A DNA stretch of 64,000 nt. It comes from Felis catus (taxonomy: Eukaryota). The DNA lies in NCBI RefSeq assembly GCF_018350175.1, contig NC_058368.1, forward strand, positions 134,356,001 to 134,420,000, given 5' to 3'. The translations under genes and the position numbers were made by a program. How positions within the stretch are numbered: position 1 is the first letter of the stretch; every line of letters starts with the position of its first letter. Shown in pieces: positions 25,061 through 37,644 of this stretch. The notes under the pieces are model-generated. The model was given only the letters and a program-made list of their open reading frames with translations, was not told where the DNA came from and did no database searches.

Positions 25061-26264
25061 CATGTTAATGTTCTCAAAGGTAATTTTTTCTAGAAAATTA
25101 CATATTTTATTATTTATTTTCCTTACACATTTTTGTAATTCTGTTCCTTTGTTTTTTGGCTCCATATTGATGGTAAATTTGTAATGCTTACTTTATAGAA
25201 AAAAAAGAACAATAATTCAGTCTTTACTCATAGCATGGCTGATCACAAATTTTTTACAATTTGTTATTTATTAAAAATTTTTTTAAACAATTTTTTTTAG
25301 TTCACAGTGAATTATGATAGTGCCACATAAATTTTTAGGTTTATAGTCACATTTTGTAAAACATTTATTAAGTTACTATTACTGTAAGATTTCATTATAT
25401 TTCAAGCTTTCTGATGCTGTTAAAAATCCTAAATATTATGAACGGATGATACTTATCACCCAGTTTATTAAGTCTGTATTAGTTTTGAAGGGATCAGATT
25501 TTTAAGTAGCACTTTTCTTATTCTAAAAGTAACATGAGGTCATGTCAGAATGACTTAAAAATACAGTAAAATGTCGAGAAAATTATAATTATTATGAATT
25601 ATATAAACTAGAAGTAAGTATTTTAACTTTTTAAATGGGAATGATCTGATAGCTATATTTGAATTACATAGAATGGTAGGAAACTGAATTGAAATCTACA
25701 AAACTGTTAAACTTCAGCCCAAATTCTTTAAAACTAGATAGAACAAAGCGCAAGCTGTTGCAGTCTAAAAATTCTCCCAAATTGAAAAGATAAAAATCAT
25801 TAAGATATTGGGGTTATTGTATTTTTTCACCTGCATGCCTCTTACACGAGAATAAGTTTAAATTTTCCAGAAGATAAAATAAGCCAGAAAGTGTTTGGAA
25901 AGAAAGGAATCCACTCAGCTTCACAAAATCTCCCTTGCAATGTGGAGGTCCATTTATTGACCCCAAGTTAAGAAAGTCTCCTCATCACATTCTGATAGTT
26001 TTGTGGTGCAGAACAAGGATTGTGGCATCACATGATGTTGCTTTCTCATCTCATTTCTGCCTCTGTGTATTTTTTTTTTTTTGGTTGTGTATATTTAAAA
26101 AAAAATACCTCAAATGGGAATTTGGGGGCATTTTCATTTCTCTCTATGGCTCAAACAGTTTTATTTACTGTAGTCTGCTGGGGACAAGGACCATTATCTG
26201 TTTTTTTCCAATTAATACATCTTTTCTGGGCACTTACTTTCTGCCTAGAACTATGACAGGCACT

Positions 26265-28885
26265 CTTCTGGGTGAGTGATCCCTGGAGACTGTTGGCAGC
26301 AGGCAAAGTAAAGATCTCCACCCTTTGTGCCTGTTCCCATAGGCCCATCCCCATGCTGTTTTTCCATACCTTCTTCTTCCTTATCTTTCAGTATTGCTCC
26401 TTCCATGTCCCTGAACAACCAGTGAAACCATTCACTGGTGCCCAAGAATCCACATCTGTTTTTTCCTCAACTTTTTCTCTTCCTACACAGAGTCAATGGC
26501 TAGATGCATTGCCCCAAACTCCACCCATTAGCAGGATTTTTCTTCACTGCCCTTTTTCTGGACCATTGTTGAGTAAGACTGTAGTACACTAAGAGTCCAT
26601 TTGCAGTGGGTCCCTACATTCCAGACTGACTTCTCTGTGAATCATTTGTCTGTTTTTCCCTGCTTCATCTGGTCTGAAGGACTCCCATGCAGGTGCAGAT
26701 GTGGGCTGAGGGAGAGAAGGCTATGAAATACTGTTTGATGACATGGTAATTTTGGCTACTTGGTTGTATAGCCTACTCGTGTCTCTGGTCTTGCGCGTTT
26801 CTGATCCTGGATGCACCACATCCAACTTTAGATGGGTGCTATAGTGACTTTATGACCAGTGGCTTTGTGGACAGAACCCAGCTGTAACGGACAGCTGTGG
26901 CTTCATGGTCACTCATAGCCCAGGTCAGAAGCGACTAGGCCTAGTAAGAACTGTACTTTGAATGGTATGTATATGGTTCTAGACTTCAGATGGCATGACC
27001 TTGCTCCAGAACTATAGCATTGTACACTTGTGATTTTTCTGAAAGGGATGGCTGTAAGTGCCACGGAACATATCCTTTTGTCACAGATGCCTGAATACCC
27101 TCATGTCTGTGGATTTTATTTTACAGCATTAATTATGCCACGGCTTGTATTTGCTGATTTGGGTTCCACCTAAAGCTCTCAGCCTTGTGTCACTCAGTAA
27201 ATGAATTAGAGCAGTATTCCCAGGTGTGAAATATGCTGCCTCTAGAACCCATGCTTCTTTACTTAGTGGGAAGAGGGGAAAGGGGCAATAATCTGTCCTT
27301 TGCTCTAGAGGAATATCTAAGCATGCTCTGGACTAGAAGAAAATCTCACTGGATTCTTAAAAACCCCACTGATGTGGAGGGAACGCAGATCTTCATAGAC
27401 TTTATCTCTTACACTCAGGAGCAAAAGTGTTTTACAATGGCCATCAAATCCAATGCCATTGTGATATTCTGTGGAATGTCCAGATATTTATGGTCCCTTC
27501 ATGCCACATTATGATAGAGTTTGGAGACTCGATAGAACCTTGGGGCAAGACCTTAAATATTGTCCTTATTGTCTGAAAGGGAATTGCTTCTGATCCTTCT
27601 TCTTGATAGGGATGAAAAAGAATGCATCTGCCTGACTGTGTTCCTGAGGTCAAATGTTGATCTATTGGAGTCAAAATACCAAATCTATCTATTGGAGTCA
27701 AAATACCAACTGGGGCTAATGCTTGGTTGAGTTAGTGGAAGTCTAGCTTTATCTGCTAGGATCCTCCGGCTTTTTGTAGTGGCCAGACTGGTGAATTAAA
27801 TGGATATAAGAAAGTGACCACCACACTAGGTGTGTAGGGGTAACACCAACTGCTGACATTCTATTCATGATACAAAACTCTTTTTGATTTACTCTCTTGA
27901 GTAGAGGAAGGACCAGGCAGTTTCCTAAATTTCTACTTTGCCTTCCCCGTTATAATAACTACTTCACCATAGGCTAAGGAATCAATATAGGGTTTCTGCT
28001 AACTCCTACATTTTCTGAATGGAGAAATGACCACTAACTGGATCTTTTGTGAACCAGACATAGGACAGGACTCCACTTGCTATCTGGCACTCAGACATCA
28101 CAACTCTAACAGAGGACATGATGATGCTTTAAGTCATTGGCTCTCAATGTTAACATAGAACCTTTGCCCAGGACTCCCCAAAACATTTGATTATTCATTC
28201 CCCTTTCCCCAATGTATGGTTACCCAAAGGGAGAGAATATTTTTTCCCTTCTGATTGGAAGACTCAATCTTGTATTCTTGCCCTGTGGTGCTGCAGTTCC
28301 TTTCTTACTAGAACATGGTTTCTCTTTCTGTCAATGAGCTTGAATCTAAGATATAGGCTCAACTTTAGAAATTGATCTTTGTGAAGCAGACTGATGGGGG
28401 CTGAGAATTCAGCCTTCTCTTGAGCCCTGTTGCTCTTATCATTAAGTTCTGGGCCTGGTTCTCAGATTCTTCTGGATACAGCTAGAGAGGAGTCTCTTTC
28501 TGGGCTGCTACTAAGACCTTCGAACGTTTACATTTAATCTTGTGTTGGGGATTAGTCTTCCTGAGGATTTTGTTGTCTCTGTCCAGTACATCAGTAGGAC
28601 AGAGCAGCCATCCAATTTCATAATATTCCTGATTACTATTTTTCCATTACTTCTCCAACTGTCCTCAGATATTGCACCAATAAGTACATTCTCTTTGTCT
28701 CATGTCCCATTGCACCCTTCCACCGGTGTAATTAACACTTGTACCAATACAGCATCCTAGCGGCTATTAGTACTCTACCTACCGCTAGTGATGGGGTTCT
28801 TGTTGCCTCGCTGGCTGGCAGATAATCTAGTTCAAAAATTTCAATTTAGAGTCAGCCTCCTAGTACTACTGTTGATATGAATTCT
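26265..28885 (-). mobile_element. Decayed ERVL internal region (ERV3-16A3-like): gag-pro-RT-RNaseH remnants
   Basis: Minus-strand hand translation: gag EIGWLLCPTDVLDRDNKILRK...ENQAQNLMIRATGLKRRLNSQP (~28370-28630); protease-region VTIHWGKGN...GVLGKGSML (~28150-28230); RT FKVLPQGSIESP (~27520-27560); FWSKVMPS (~26990-27012); RNaseH DSWAPVNGFTGCSGTWKEQ (~26390-26455); many stops and frameshifts. Confidence 0.85.
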
Positions 28886-28889
28886 TTTT

Positions 28890-29289
28890 TGTCTTTTTTG
28901 TCAATTCTCCAGAAAATAGACTCTGAGATAGAGATTTACATGAAGGAAGTTTACAGAGGAAATGAGAGAAGCAGGGCTGTAGAAAGGAGAAGTTGACCAT
29001 AACGTGGTTGCATTAGAGGGCTAAGCTGGCCTCACTGGCATCTTTGGCACTCTGATGGTGCTTCAGAGATTTCCCAAATCAAGGTGAGGAGGCTCCGGAA
29101 CCAGTTATTGGATGTCGACTACCTTTAGGGAGGGTGTGTTAACTTGGGTGAGGCAGCTTCCTTTGTCCACAAATACCAACCTGATACCCAGCTGTGAGCC
29201 ATCAGTAGCCAGCAATTGTGGCAGCTGAAGAAATGAATTCCTTGGTCCTGAAAGGGGCATCTGAGTGGTATATGACAGTATTCACCATA
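28890..29289 (-). mobile_element. LTR16A-like 5' LTR of the ERVL element
   Basis: gactctgagatagagatttacatgaaggaagttta...cttgggtgaggcagcttcctt...ccttggtcctgaaaggggcatctgagtgg; abuts the internal region. Confidence 0.8.
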
Positions 29290-30903
29290 TCCAGGTATAA
29301 AGATCCCAATGAATGCTATGGCAACTTTACTCCTCTGTTGAATTTTAAGACTGGAAAACTTACTGAAAACAATCAGGCAAAGACAAATAACCTGAAATTT
29401 AATGACACAGGAAAACATCCTGCTGGGGCAATGTAAGCAAAATCTTTGTTCAGAGATAGATCAGATTTCTTCTGGTTTATGTAAGAATTAACCTGGACTT
29501 TTGAAAAAAGGAAGTATGTTTTTGAAACATTAAATAAACTATCTACAGTCTGTGAGGGCTAAGGCTACCAGGGATGGCTAGAGCTTTTTTTGGGTAAGTG
29601 TACACCCCTCCAGTTTTTCTCCAGGCAGAAGTTCCAATTGTATTTGCCAAAGATAACATGAAGTTTCTATAAAGGATGAAGTCTTCATTTTCCTTCACTC
29701 TTGCTTTCCCTTCTCCCCCCTCCATAAGCATTTATTTCTGTGTGAGTCTGTTAAGATGCTGTCAGTTTCCCTAGCACATTATAATCCACAAAAGATTGGG
29801 TTGTGGTTTCTTTTTTCCTATGGTGGACACAAAAAATTAAGAGCACATCAAGAAACTATACGGAAACAGATGGTTAGGGAATTGGAGAATTTAGATTCTT
29901 GTAACATTGCAACACTTTACAAAGTCTGGGGAACATGATATGCCAACCATAGGGAGAGGTCCCTATCAAGTATTCAGCAACAAACCTGTGTGTCCACCAA
30001 AATGTTAGTTGGATATTTCTTTGGCTACGGTCTGGAAGATTTGAGGGAAGAATCAGAATTGTGTGATCTCCATGGCTTTAATAAGAAAAGCCTCTGAGAC
30101 ACTAATTGAATGCAGAAATAATTAAAATCCTACAGACACACACATTGTGCTAATAAGAAAATACCTAGATGTAGAACTTGAGAGAGTCATTTACACATGC
30201 ACACACACACATGCACACACTCACAAATAGACACATACATACTCATACATTCCAGGTGTGACAGAAGGATTGAAAGATCAGCCAATGACACTCTAAAAAC
30301 TCTAAACTGTGTTTGAAGTTAGAAAATGAAAATAATTACCATTCTTTTCATAAGGAAATGTCCTCAGTCTCTGACACCGTAGATCTCAGTATCAAAGTAA
30401 CTTGGCCTTCATTATGTAAAGGATATTAGAATACTCATCTAAGACAGTAAGTCAGGGATTGTAAACTGTCGTTTTTAAATTAAGTCTTAGTTTTAAATTA
30501 AGTCTGATATATTTTTTTTTGGTCTCTAGCATCTATTTTATTAATTTCTGAAAAAATCAGAAGCCCTACCAACACCAGGCTTATCTATGTGGCACATGGA
30601 CTCATCATTTCCTTTCAACCCTCTCCTGTGTGTTCTTGCCATTCCATTTAGGGACTTGAATGTGCAACACTAGGGAAAAAAACATCACATCACAGGGGCT
30701 ACTAAGGCAGTTTATAGTAAATGGAAGTTCTAAGAGGTTAAGGACAAGTTATGCTGTTGCTTATGTAACCCTAAAGATATGACCAAGAAAAATAAGCTGA
30801 ATGAAAATCTTGTTGTACAAGGTCTCTTATATAAAGCAACTACTGTGACCAATCACCCATACAAATTAGATGATATATTCAGCCAAAGAAAGACAATGCC
30901 TTT

Positions 30904-31126
30904 GGGGCGCCAGGGTGGCTCAGTCTGTTAAGCATCTGACTTTGGCAGAGGTCATGATCCCACGCTTCATGGGTTCAAGCCCCACGTCGGGCTCTGTGCT
31001 GACAGCTCAGAGCCTGGAGCCTGCTTCAGATTCTGTGTCTCCTTCTCTGTCTGCCCCTCCCCTGCTTGCACTCTGTCTCTCTGTCTCCCAAAAAATAAAT
31101 AGACATTAAAAAATTAAAAAAAAAAA
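30904..31126 (+). mobile_element. SINEC_Fc
   Basis: Full body; TSD aaagacaatgcctt/aaagacagtgcctt. Confidence 0.96.
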
Positions 31127-33475
31127 AAAGACAGTGCCTTCTAGACGCTCATGTTGTAGAAGCTGTTGCTTAATGACATAAATAAGCTGTGTAACCAGCA
31201 CAAAGAAAAACAACACAATTAGTATTCAGCTCTTGGTAAAGTGGTTATGATATACAAAACACTCATAAATAATTACAAACAGGCTCCTTCAAGTTGTGAG
31301 ATTATTAGCTGAGGCTTGTTAACCACAAATACTGAGAGAATAGTCACTTGACAATTGTACTAGGAACACATTTATTAACTTAGAACCAATTCCAGGAACT
31401 AGTAGTGACAACCAGCACGATTAACATAAAACTAGAGGGCTGTACTTAGGAGGATGAACTCGGGAAACCTGAGCTGGGTTGGATTGTTCAGACTTCAGAG
31501 AATCCACGAGGTTAGCACATTCACAGTAGCTGCTTCTGAAGGCCTGAGTACAGTTAAGCCATTGGTGTTGTGTGTTACAGAGGTAGCATCAGGTTCCTGG
31601 CAAGCTGGCCTGGAATGAAGGAAGCAATTACCTCATGACATTTGCCACACCATATGGCAGGTGGACATTTCTCAGGGTGCCATCCAACATCACCTCGGCC
31701 CAGGAACGGTTCTAGCGAGAGTCACTTGATACGTGAAGCTTACAAAGGCGTTCACATTCTCGTAGGTGATTGCATTACCCAGAGAAAAAGACAAGACTAC
31801 AGCCTGAGAGCTTTGCAAGAGCCATGCCATGAGTGGACTAGAAATTAGAGACCCAGCAAAAGTCGTAGAAACAACAGTCAATGGAGCGATATTTACCAAG
31901 CTCAGAAAGAAGTGGCTAAGGATGTAGGACCCAGGTCCAACTGGTGCTTAATATTACTTTTATCTGTATTCTTATTTTCATCATAGTAAGCGTGATTACT
32001 ATTTATCATGTACTGTTATATTCCAGGGACTGTGCTTTCTTCTTTTCCTACTTTAGGCTGTGTAAGGAACATTTGCTGAAGTAAGGGTAAGTTAATTCTT
32101 CAAGCCATTTTGCAAGGATTACAGATGAGAAGTTAACCATCTTGTTCAAGCCGTGGCAAACAGGCAAAAAGTCAAATCCAGGCCTGCCTCATCCCAAATG
32201 CCATGAATTTTACACTCCGATGGTTTGTGCGTAGGACTGAAGAAAGTGTAAAATGATAGGGCACCAGTAATCACTCAAAGAGTAGTATTGCTGTGGAAGG
32301 AGCAAGAGTATCTGAACGAGGTCAACAAGAAGGACCTAAACAATAGCCAGAGTCTTGGAAGTGACTGGAGAGGCAGTGACTTTGACAGATGGAAGCTTAG
32401 TAAGTTGAACATGCTGGACTTGGCTTAGGGCTCACCCTCAGACCCCAAACATTAAAAATCTGCTTGTCACAAGGCATACCAGTATGCAGGCTTGACATCT
32501 GTGGCTGCCGCTCTCTGTAGGATGTTCTACTTTTAGGGCTGAGAAGGTTGAGGGAGTGAATGAGAAGCTCCAATAGTATGGTTGTGGTCCCAGGTGCAGG
32601 TAGGCCCTGTTTCTGCATCCCTGCGTGGTGGTGACTTCAAAGTCTGAGGGTTGCATAGGGTTTTCTCTCACTGTGTGCACAGGGTGAGCTCATAAGAAGG
32701 AATAATCCAAGCAGCTACCCTTTTTATCTCTTCTCCCTTCTCCACAAACCTTCATGTGAAGCCAGCTGTGAAAATTATGAGCTGGAGGGTAGGAACCCAT
32801 TTGGCATTGTGTCTGTAACTCATCATGACCCTCTACCCCTTACTTGAAGAATCCTCATACAGCTCTTCCTACAGAAAACCCAGCAAGTGTGTTTCCTCTC
32901 CAGGAGTGGGGGCCCTGTCTGTCCCAGCCGGACAGCATTTTGCCTTGCCCCCATCAGTATACATCACTGAAGAATAAACAAGTTACTGTGGCAAACAGCT
33001 AGGCCGTTAGGCTGTTGGGTGCACTGGTTGATCTGTCACCAATGCCAGCTTGTTAATGTCCTACAGTGTGGGACAAACACAAGAAGAACTTGAAGCCAAT
33101 GGACTTTGTTTTGCAAATCTAGCTGGTTCTCAATTATCCTGGCTAATGAGGCACGGAGGCTGCCTGAGAACAAGGATAGATAAGTCTCAAGCTGAACTCA
33201 GCAAAGCATATCACCTACTGAAGGGTTACACCAAAGCCACAGAAAAGGTATGTGTCTCTGGATATAAGTATGACACGCAGACTGGATTTTGAACTTCTAT
33301 TTCTAAGTCCCACTAATGTTGAATACTAAAGTGCAGCAAAAACAGATAGACTTAACTCCCCAAAACCAAGGAAGGCTGCCAGAGAACCCAACCTAACAGA
33401 TTGCTCTAGCCATATAAATAGGTCGAGTAGGACCTCCTGCATGCTTCAGGGAAAGCTCTGAGAATGTGCATGTTT

Positions 33476-33480
<5 letters not shown>

Positions 33481-33515
<35 letters not shown>
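33481..33515. repeat. (TG)n microsatellite
   Basis: Read directly from the sequence. Confidence 0.95.
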
Positions 33516-33518
<3 letters not shown>

Positions 33519-35264
33519 CAACTAAACAGAAAGTTTTAGAAACCATGTTTTTTTAGACTCTGTTACTGTGGTATGGGTGAGGTATTGGACTCAGATCCTT
33601 TTGATACTTGCAGTAACCCCTTTGGAAGGTGTCCTAAATTAGCCTCAACAATCCCAAATTCCATACAAGTGTTCCTAGTGTTGTAGAGAAACTCGGTGTT
33701 CTGAGTCTAGAATACCAGAAAAGGAAAGGCAACATGTTAAAACAATTCTGGATAAAATTCCAAGCATGGGAGCATTTCACCTACTTCATTAAGAAAATCT
33801 GTTGCAATTATTACCAACAAAATCAAATGTCTTCTATTAGTTAAGTCTGCTCCAGAGGAACATATATTGTTTCCAAATTACCCTGGCTTCCTCCACTCTT
33901 GTAACCTACTGTAATTTTTTCCACAAGGGTTATTAAGTATTTTTGTTTGTCTAAAGCTACCCACATAGTGTCCCATCCAAATACTATTCTTTTGAATTTT
34001 TATTAGGGGTAGAGTATGTTGAATGATGCCTCATTGTTAGACCAGATTTATGAATCCTATTAAATAATTCAATAACAGGGGGTGGTTGGGACGAGGCCAA
34101 GGGAGGGGCGGGGCTTGGGGTGGGGAGGCAGATGTATGAAAAAGATTTCCAAATACTCATACTGGAAATGGATCATTATGGCCTTTCCCAGACAGGCAGG
34201 ATTACATGCTGATTTTTGCCTTGGCATTGCCTGAAGTGACCCTTGATAGACATCTGGGCCCTACACCCTATCACAAACTCTCTATCCCTGGACTTTAGTC
34301 CCCTCATTTGTGTCACCATACATGCCTTTTTCTCTACTCCGTCTACTGGGGAAACTCAGGATGATCCAAGTCCCACTTTAGAGCTTTAACACTTAATCTT
34401 TTAGGTGGCATAGAATGAACTCCCAAAGCCCCAAGCAAGTCTGTCATTCTGTGATTCTTCCTGTCCTGCCTGGTCTTCCATTTTCCTTATTTTACCGTCT
34501 TCTAAACTTGGACTTGCAATACGAAAGTGGAAATGCTGCTTTTCCAATCAGAAAACCTCTGGAAGGTTATATGCATTTGAGTAGGGTAATCTGTCTAGTC
34601 CTTGCTTGTCAGTTTCTATCCTGTGGCTTTCTGAAGGTCAAAGTAGTCAGTCATAGGGAGAGTTGGCTATAAGAACAAGAACTAAAGGAGGTTTGACCTC
34701 AGAGTTTGGGAGGTGAGGCGGGACGAAAAATGTCTCTTTATTCTTTGTGATGACTAACTATTATTTAGTGCACAATAAAAAACTGGGCATTTAGTTTTTT
34801 GTGTCCTCTGGGTTCTCCATCTGTTTTTTTTTTTTTTTAACTATACATTATAGACCATTATTGCCTGGTAAAATAAAATGAACTTGTTGGGCCATACCCA
34901 ATATTTTCAAAATAATGAAATAAAGTATCTCAGTAGTAAGGGTGTGTCTTTTCACATACACACATAGGAAATAAGTATGGACTGGACCAAGATGTAGAAT
35001 GTATTTATCTATCTACCAAGCATTGAGCTCTTTCTTTTTTTGAAGAGTCAAGTTTGTTCCACATCAAAACACATATTCAGAGACCTGCAGGGGCCAGGCA
35101 GGTAACAATTTTTACTCAGGCCAGGTACCAGTCAGAACAACATAGTGGATACATAACTGGAGATGCGTGTCCCATGTAAAGACATGAACAATTCCCTATT
35201 TTAAAACAGAAAATCCACTGTGTGGGCCTAAGAGAACACATCGTCATAACAGCCCTTTATTTCA

Positions 35265-35530
35265 ACAGTCTGCTTAGATGACATTTTCTCAGGGAAACCT
35301 TTCATAAACTAGGTGAGGCCCCCTGTTATGTGTTATTCTAGCACCATATACTTTCCATTGAACTACATATTGCAATTTAAACTAATTATCTCAATGACTA
35401 TTTGTTTGAGGATTGACTAGAAAATCAGGGCCTATCTCTGGCCAGGTCACTTCTGTGGCCCCAGTTCCTCACACAGTGCCTGGCACATAATAGGCACAAA
35501 ATGAGTGTTTGTGGGATACATAAATAAACT
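35265..35530 (+). mobile_element. L2 3' end
   Basis: cacagtgcctggcacataataggcacaaaatgagtgtttgtgg. Confidence 0.65.
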
Positions 35531-36553
35531 CTTTTGGAGGGATGTTAAGGAATGCAAAGTCAGTAGTGCATAGTAAAAACATTCTTTTCAGAAATAATCT
35601 CACTGCTTGTTAATTTGTCTGGCGAGAACATATTGAACACCTACTGGGTTTTCATTCCTATATTGTATGCTGAAGATAGACAATAGTCACTGCCCTCATG
35701 ATGATTCATAATCCAACTATTCAATGTTTTCATGTCTTATTTTTCACATTTAAATATTGCCAAAGATAACCAAAGTGCCTTTTTAAAATAAAGAAAGATG
35801 CTTTCCAAAGATTTTGTAAAACATGACATCTCGTTTGCTCTGATTCTGCTTATTATCTTTATACCCACTACTGTCATTATGATGTTATTTTTCATTAATC
35901 TCTTTCCCAGTCTGATGGGTTCATGGAGAAAATAACAGCAACACAATCAAAACTATGCTTCTGTAGTACTTGACAGATCAAAAGAAGAGAAAGGACTAAT
36001 TTGGAATTATGAAAATATCAGTGTATTTGCCTTGAGAGTAATAGACGCTGACTCCCTTTGACCTATTAGTAAAGTCACTTGGGAAGGAGTCAATAGGCAT
36101 CCTGTCCAATTATAAGATTCAGCTGGCCTTTGGAATAGGAAAGAAGTGAAAGTAGAAATGGAAAATGGAAGTTTATGGCTGCCAAGAGTAGCCTGAACAT
36201 GACTCTGGATGCTCCTTGGCTGTTACAGAGGTGAGGAAGGGTGAAAGAAAAGCATGGTCTCTGAGCAACTGTTTTTCCTTGCCCTTAGGAAAAGAGTGTG
36301 ATGGTTCATTTTCTGTGTGATTTTAGACAAGCTGCTTGAATAATCTGACTTAGTTTTCTCCTTTACAAGATGCAAATTTTAATACCTGTTTTATAGGTAC
36401 TGTATTTTCAATATGTAACACAGGCACACACCAGTATTACATAAATGAGAGCTCTAATTATTATTCTGTGATGTCCTCAAGAATACCTTAATTTCAGCTA
36501 ATTTTAGTGATAAACCAAATAAATTCAGAAGGGAAATTATAAAAGATATTCTT

Positions 36554-36746
36554 GGGGCCCTGGGTGGCTCAGTCGGTTAAGTGTCCGATTTCAGCTCAGG
36601 TCATGATCTCACTATTCATGAGTATGAGCCCCACATTGGGCTCTGTGCTGACAGCTTGGAGCCTGGAGCCTGCTTCAGATTCTGTGTCTCCCTCTCTCTC
36701 TGCCCCTCCCCCCCCCTCAAAAACAAATAAATGTTTAAAAAATTTT
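36554..36746 (+). mobile_element. SINEC_Fc
   Basis: TSD aagatattctt on both sides. Confidence 0.95.
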
Positions 36747-36859
36747 AAGATATTCTTACTTTGGTTTTCTATAAAACTTTTGATATTTTAAACAATTATA
36801 TGATGAGAAGCTATATACTTGTTGGGGAGGACTTTTTCACACTCAATGAAAATATTTCT

Positions 36860-37591
36860 AAAAACCACATACAAAGCCTCAGAAAAACCCCACAAAACTG
36901 AAAGGAATGAAATTGTACAAATATGCCCCCCAACTATCATAGAATAAAATTAGAAATCAAAACTCAGAGAGGAACTTGGGAGGTTCATAAAGATGTGGAA
37001 GTTAAACAGCATACTCCTAAATAACTCATGAATCAAAAATATTAGTAGAAAATACATTAAGATGAATGAAAATGAAGGCACAAAACACAAAAGTTTATGG
37101 GATACAGTTAAGAAAGTACTTAGGGGAAAATTTTTAGCTGCAAATACCTATATTAAAAGAAAAGAAATGTCTTAAATCAACAACCTAAACATCTACCTAA
37201 GACACTGGAAAAAGAAAAGCAGGTAAACCTAAAACAAGTGGATAGAAGGAAATAAGAATTATAATGGAAATCAATGAAACAGAGAATATACAAACATTAG
37301 GGGAAATCAACAAAATAAAGAGTTGGTTCTTTGAAAAGATCAATGAAATTGGTAGTTTGACCAAGAAAAACAGAATACTTAGAGAACTCAAATTACGAAA
37401 ATCAGAAGTGAACAAGACATTATTACCAACTTTACAGAAATAAAAAGGATTATAAGAGAATATTATGAACAATTATGCTAGTAAATTAGATAATTAAATG
37501 AACAAATTCCTAGAACAACACAACCACCTAAGTTGACTCAAAAAGAAATAGACAACCTGAATAGATTTATAAGCAGGAATTAAAAACTACT

Positions 37592-37644
<53 letters not shown>

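Noticed and set aside
28790..28840. Env-like immunosuppressive-domain motif (ELDYLPA) on the minus strand
   Set aside because: It lies at the leader/gag start immediately after the 5' LTR of an ERVL, a class that lacks env; coincidental
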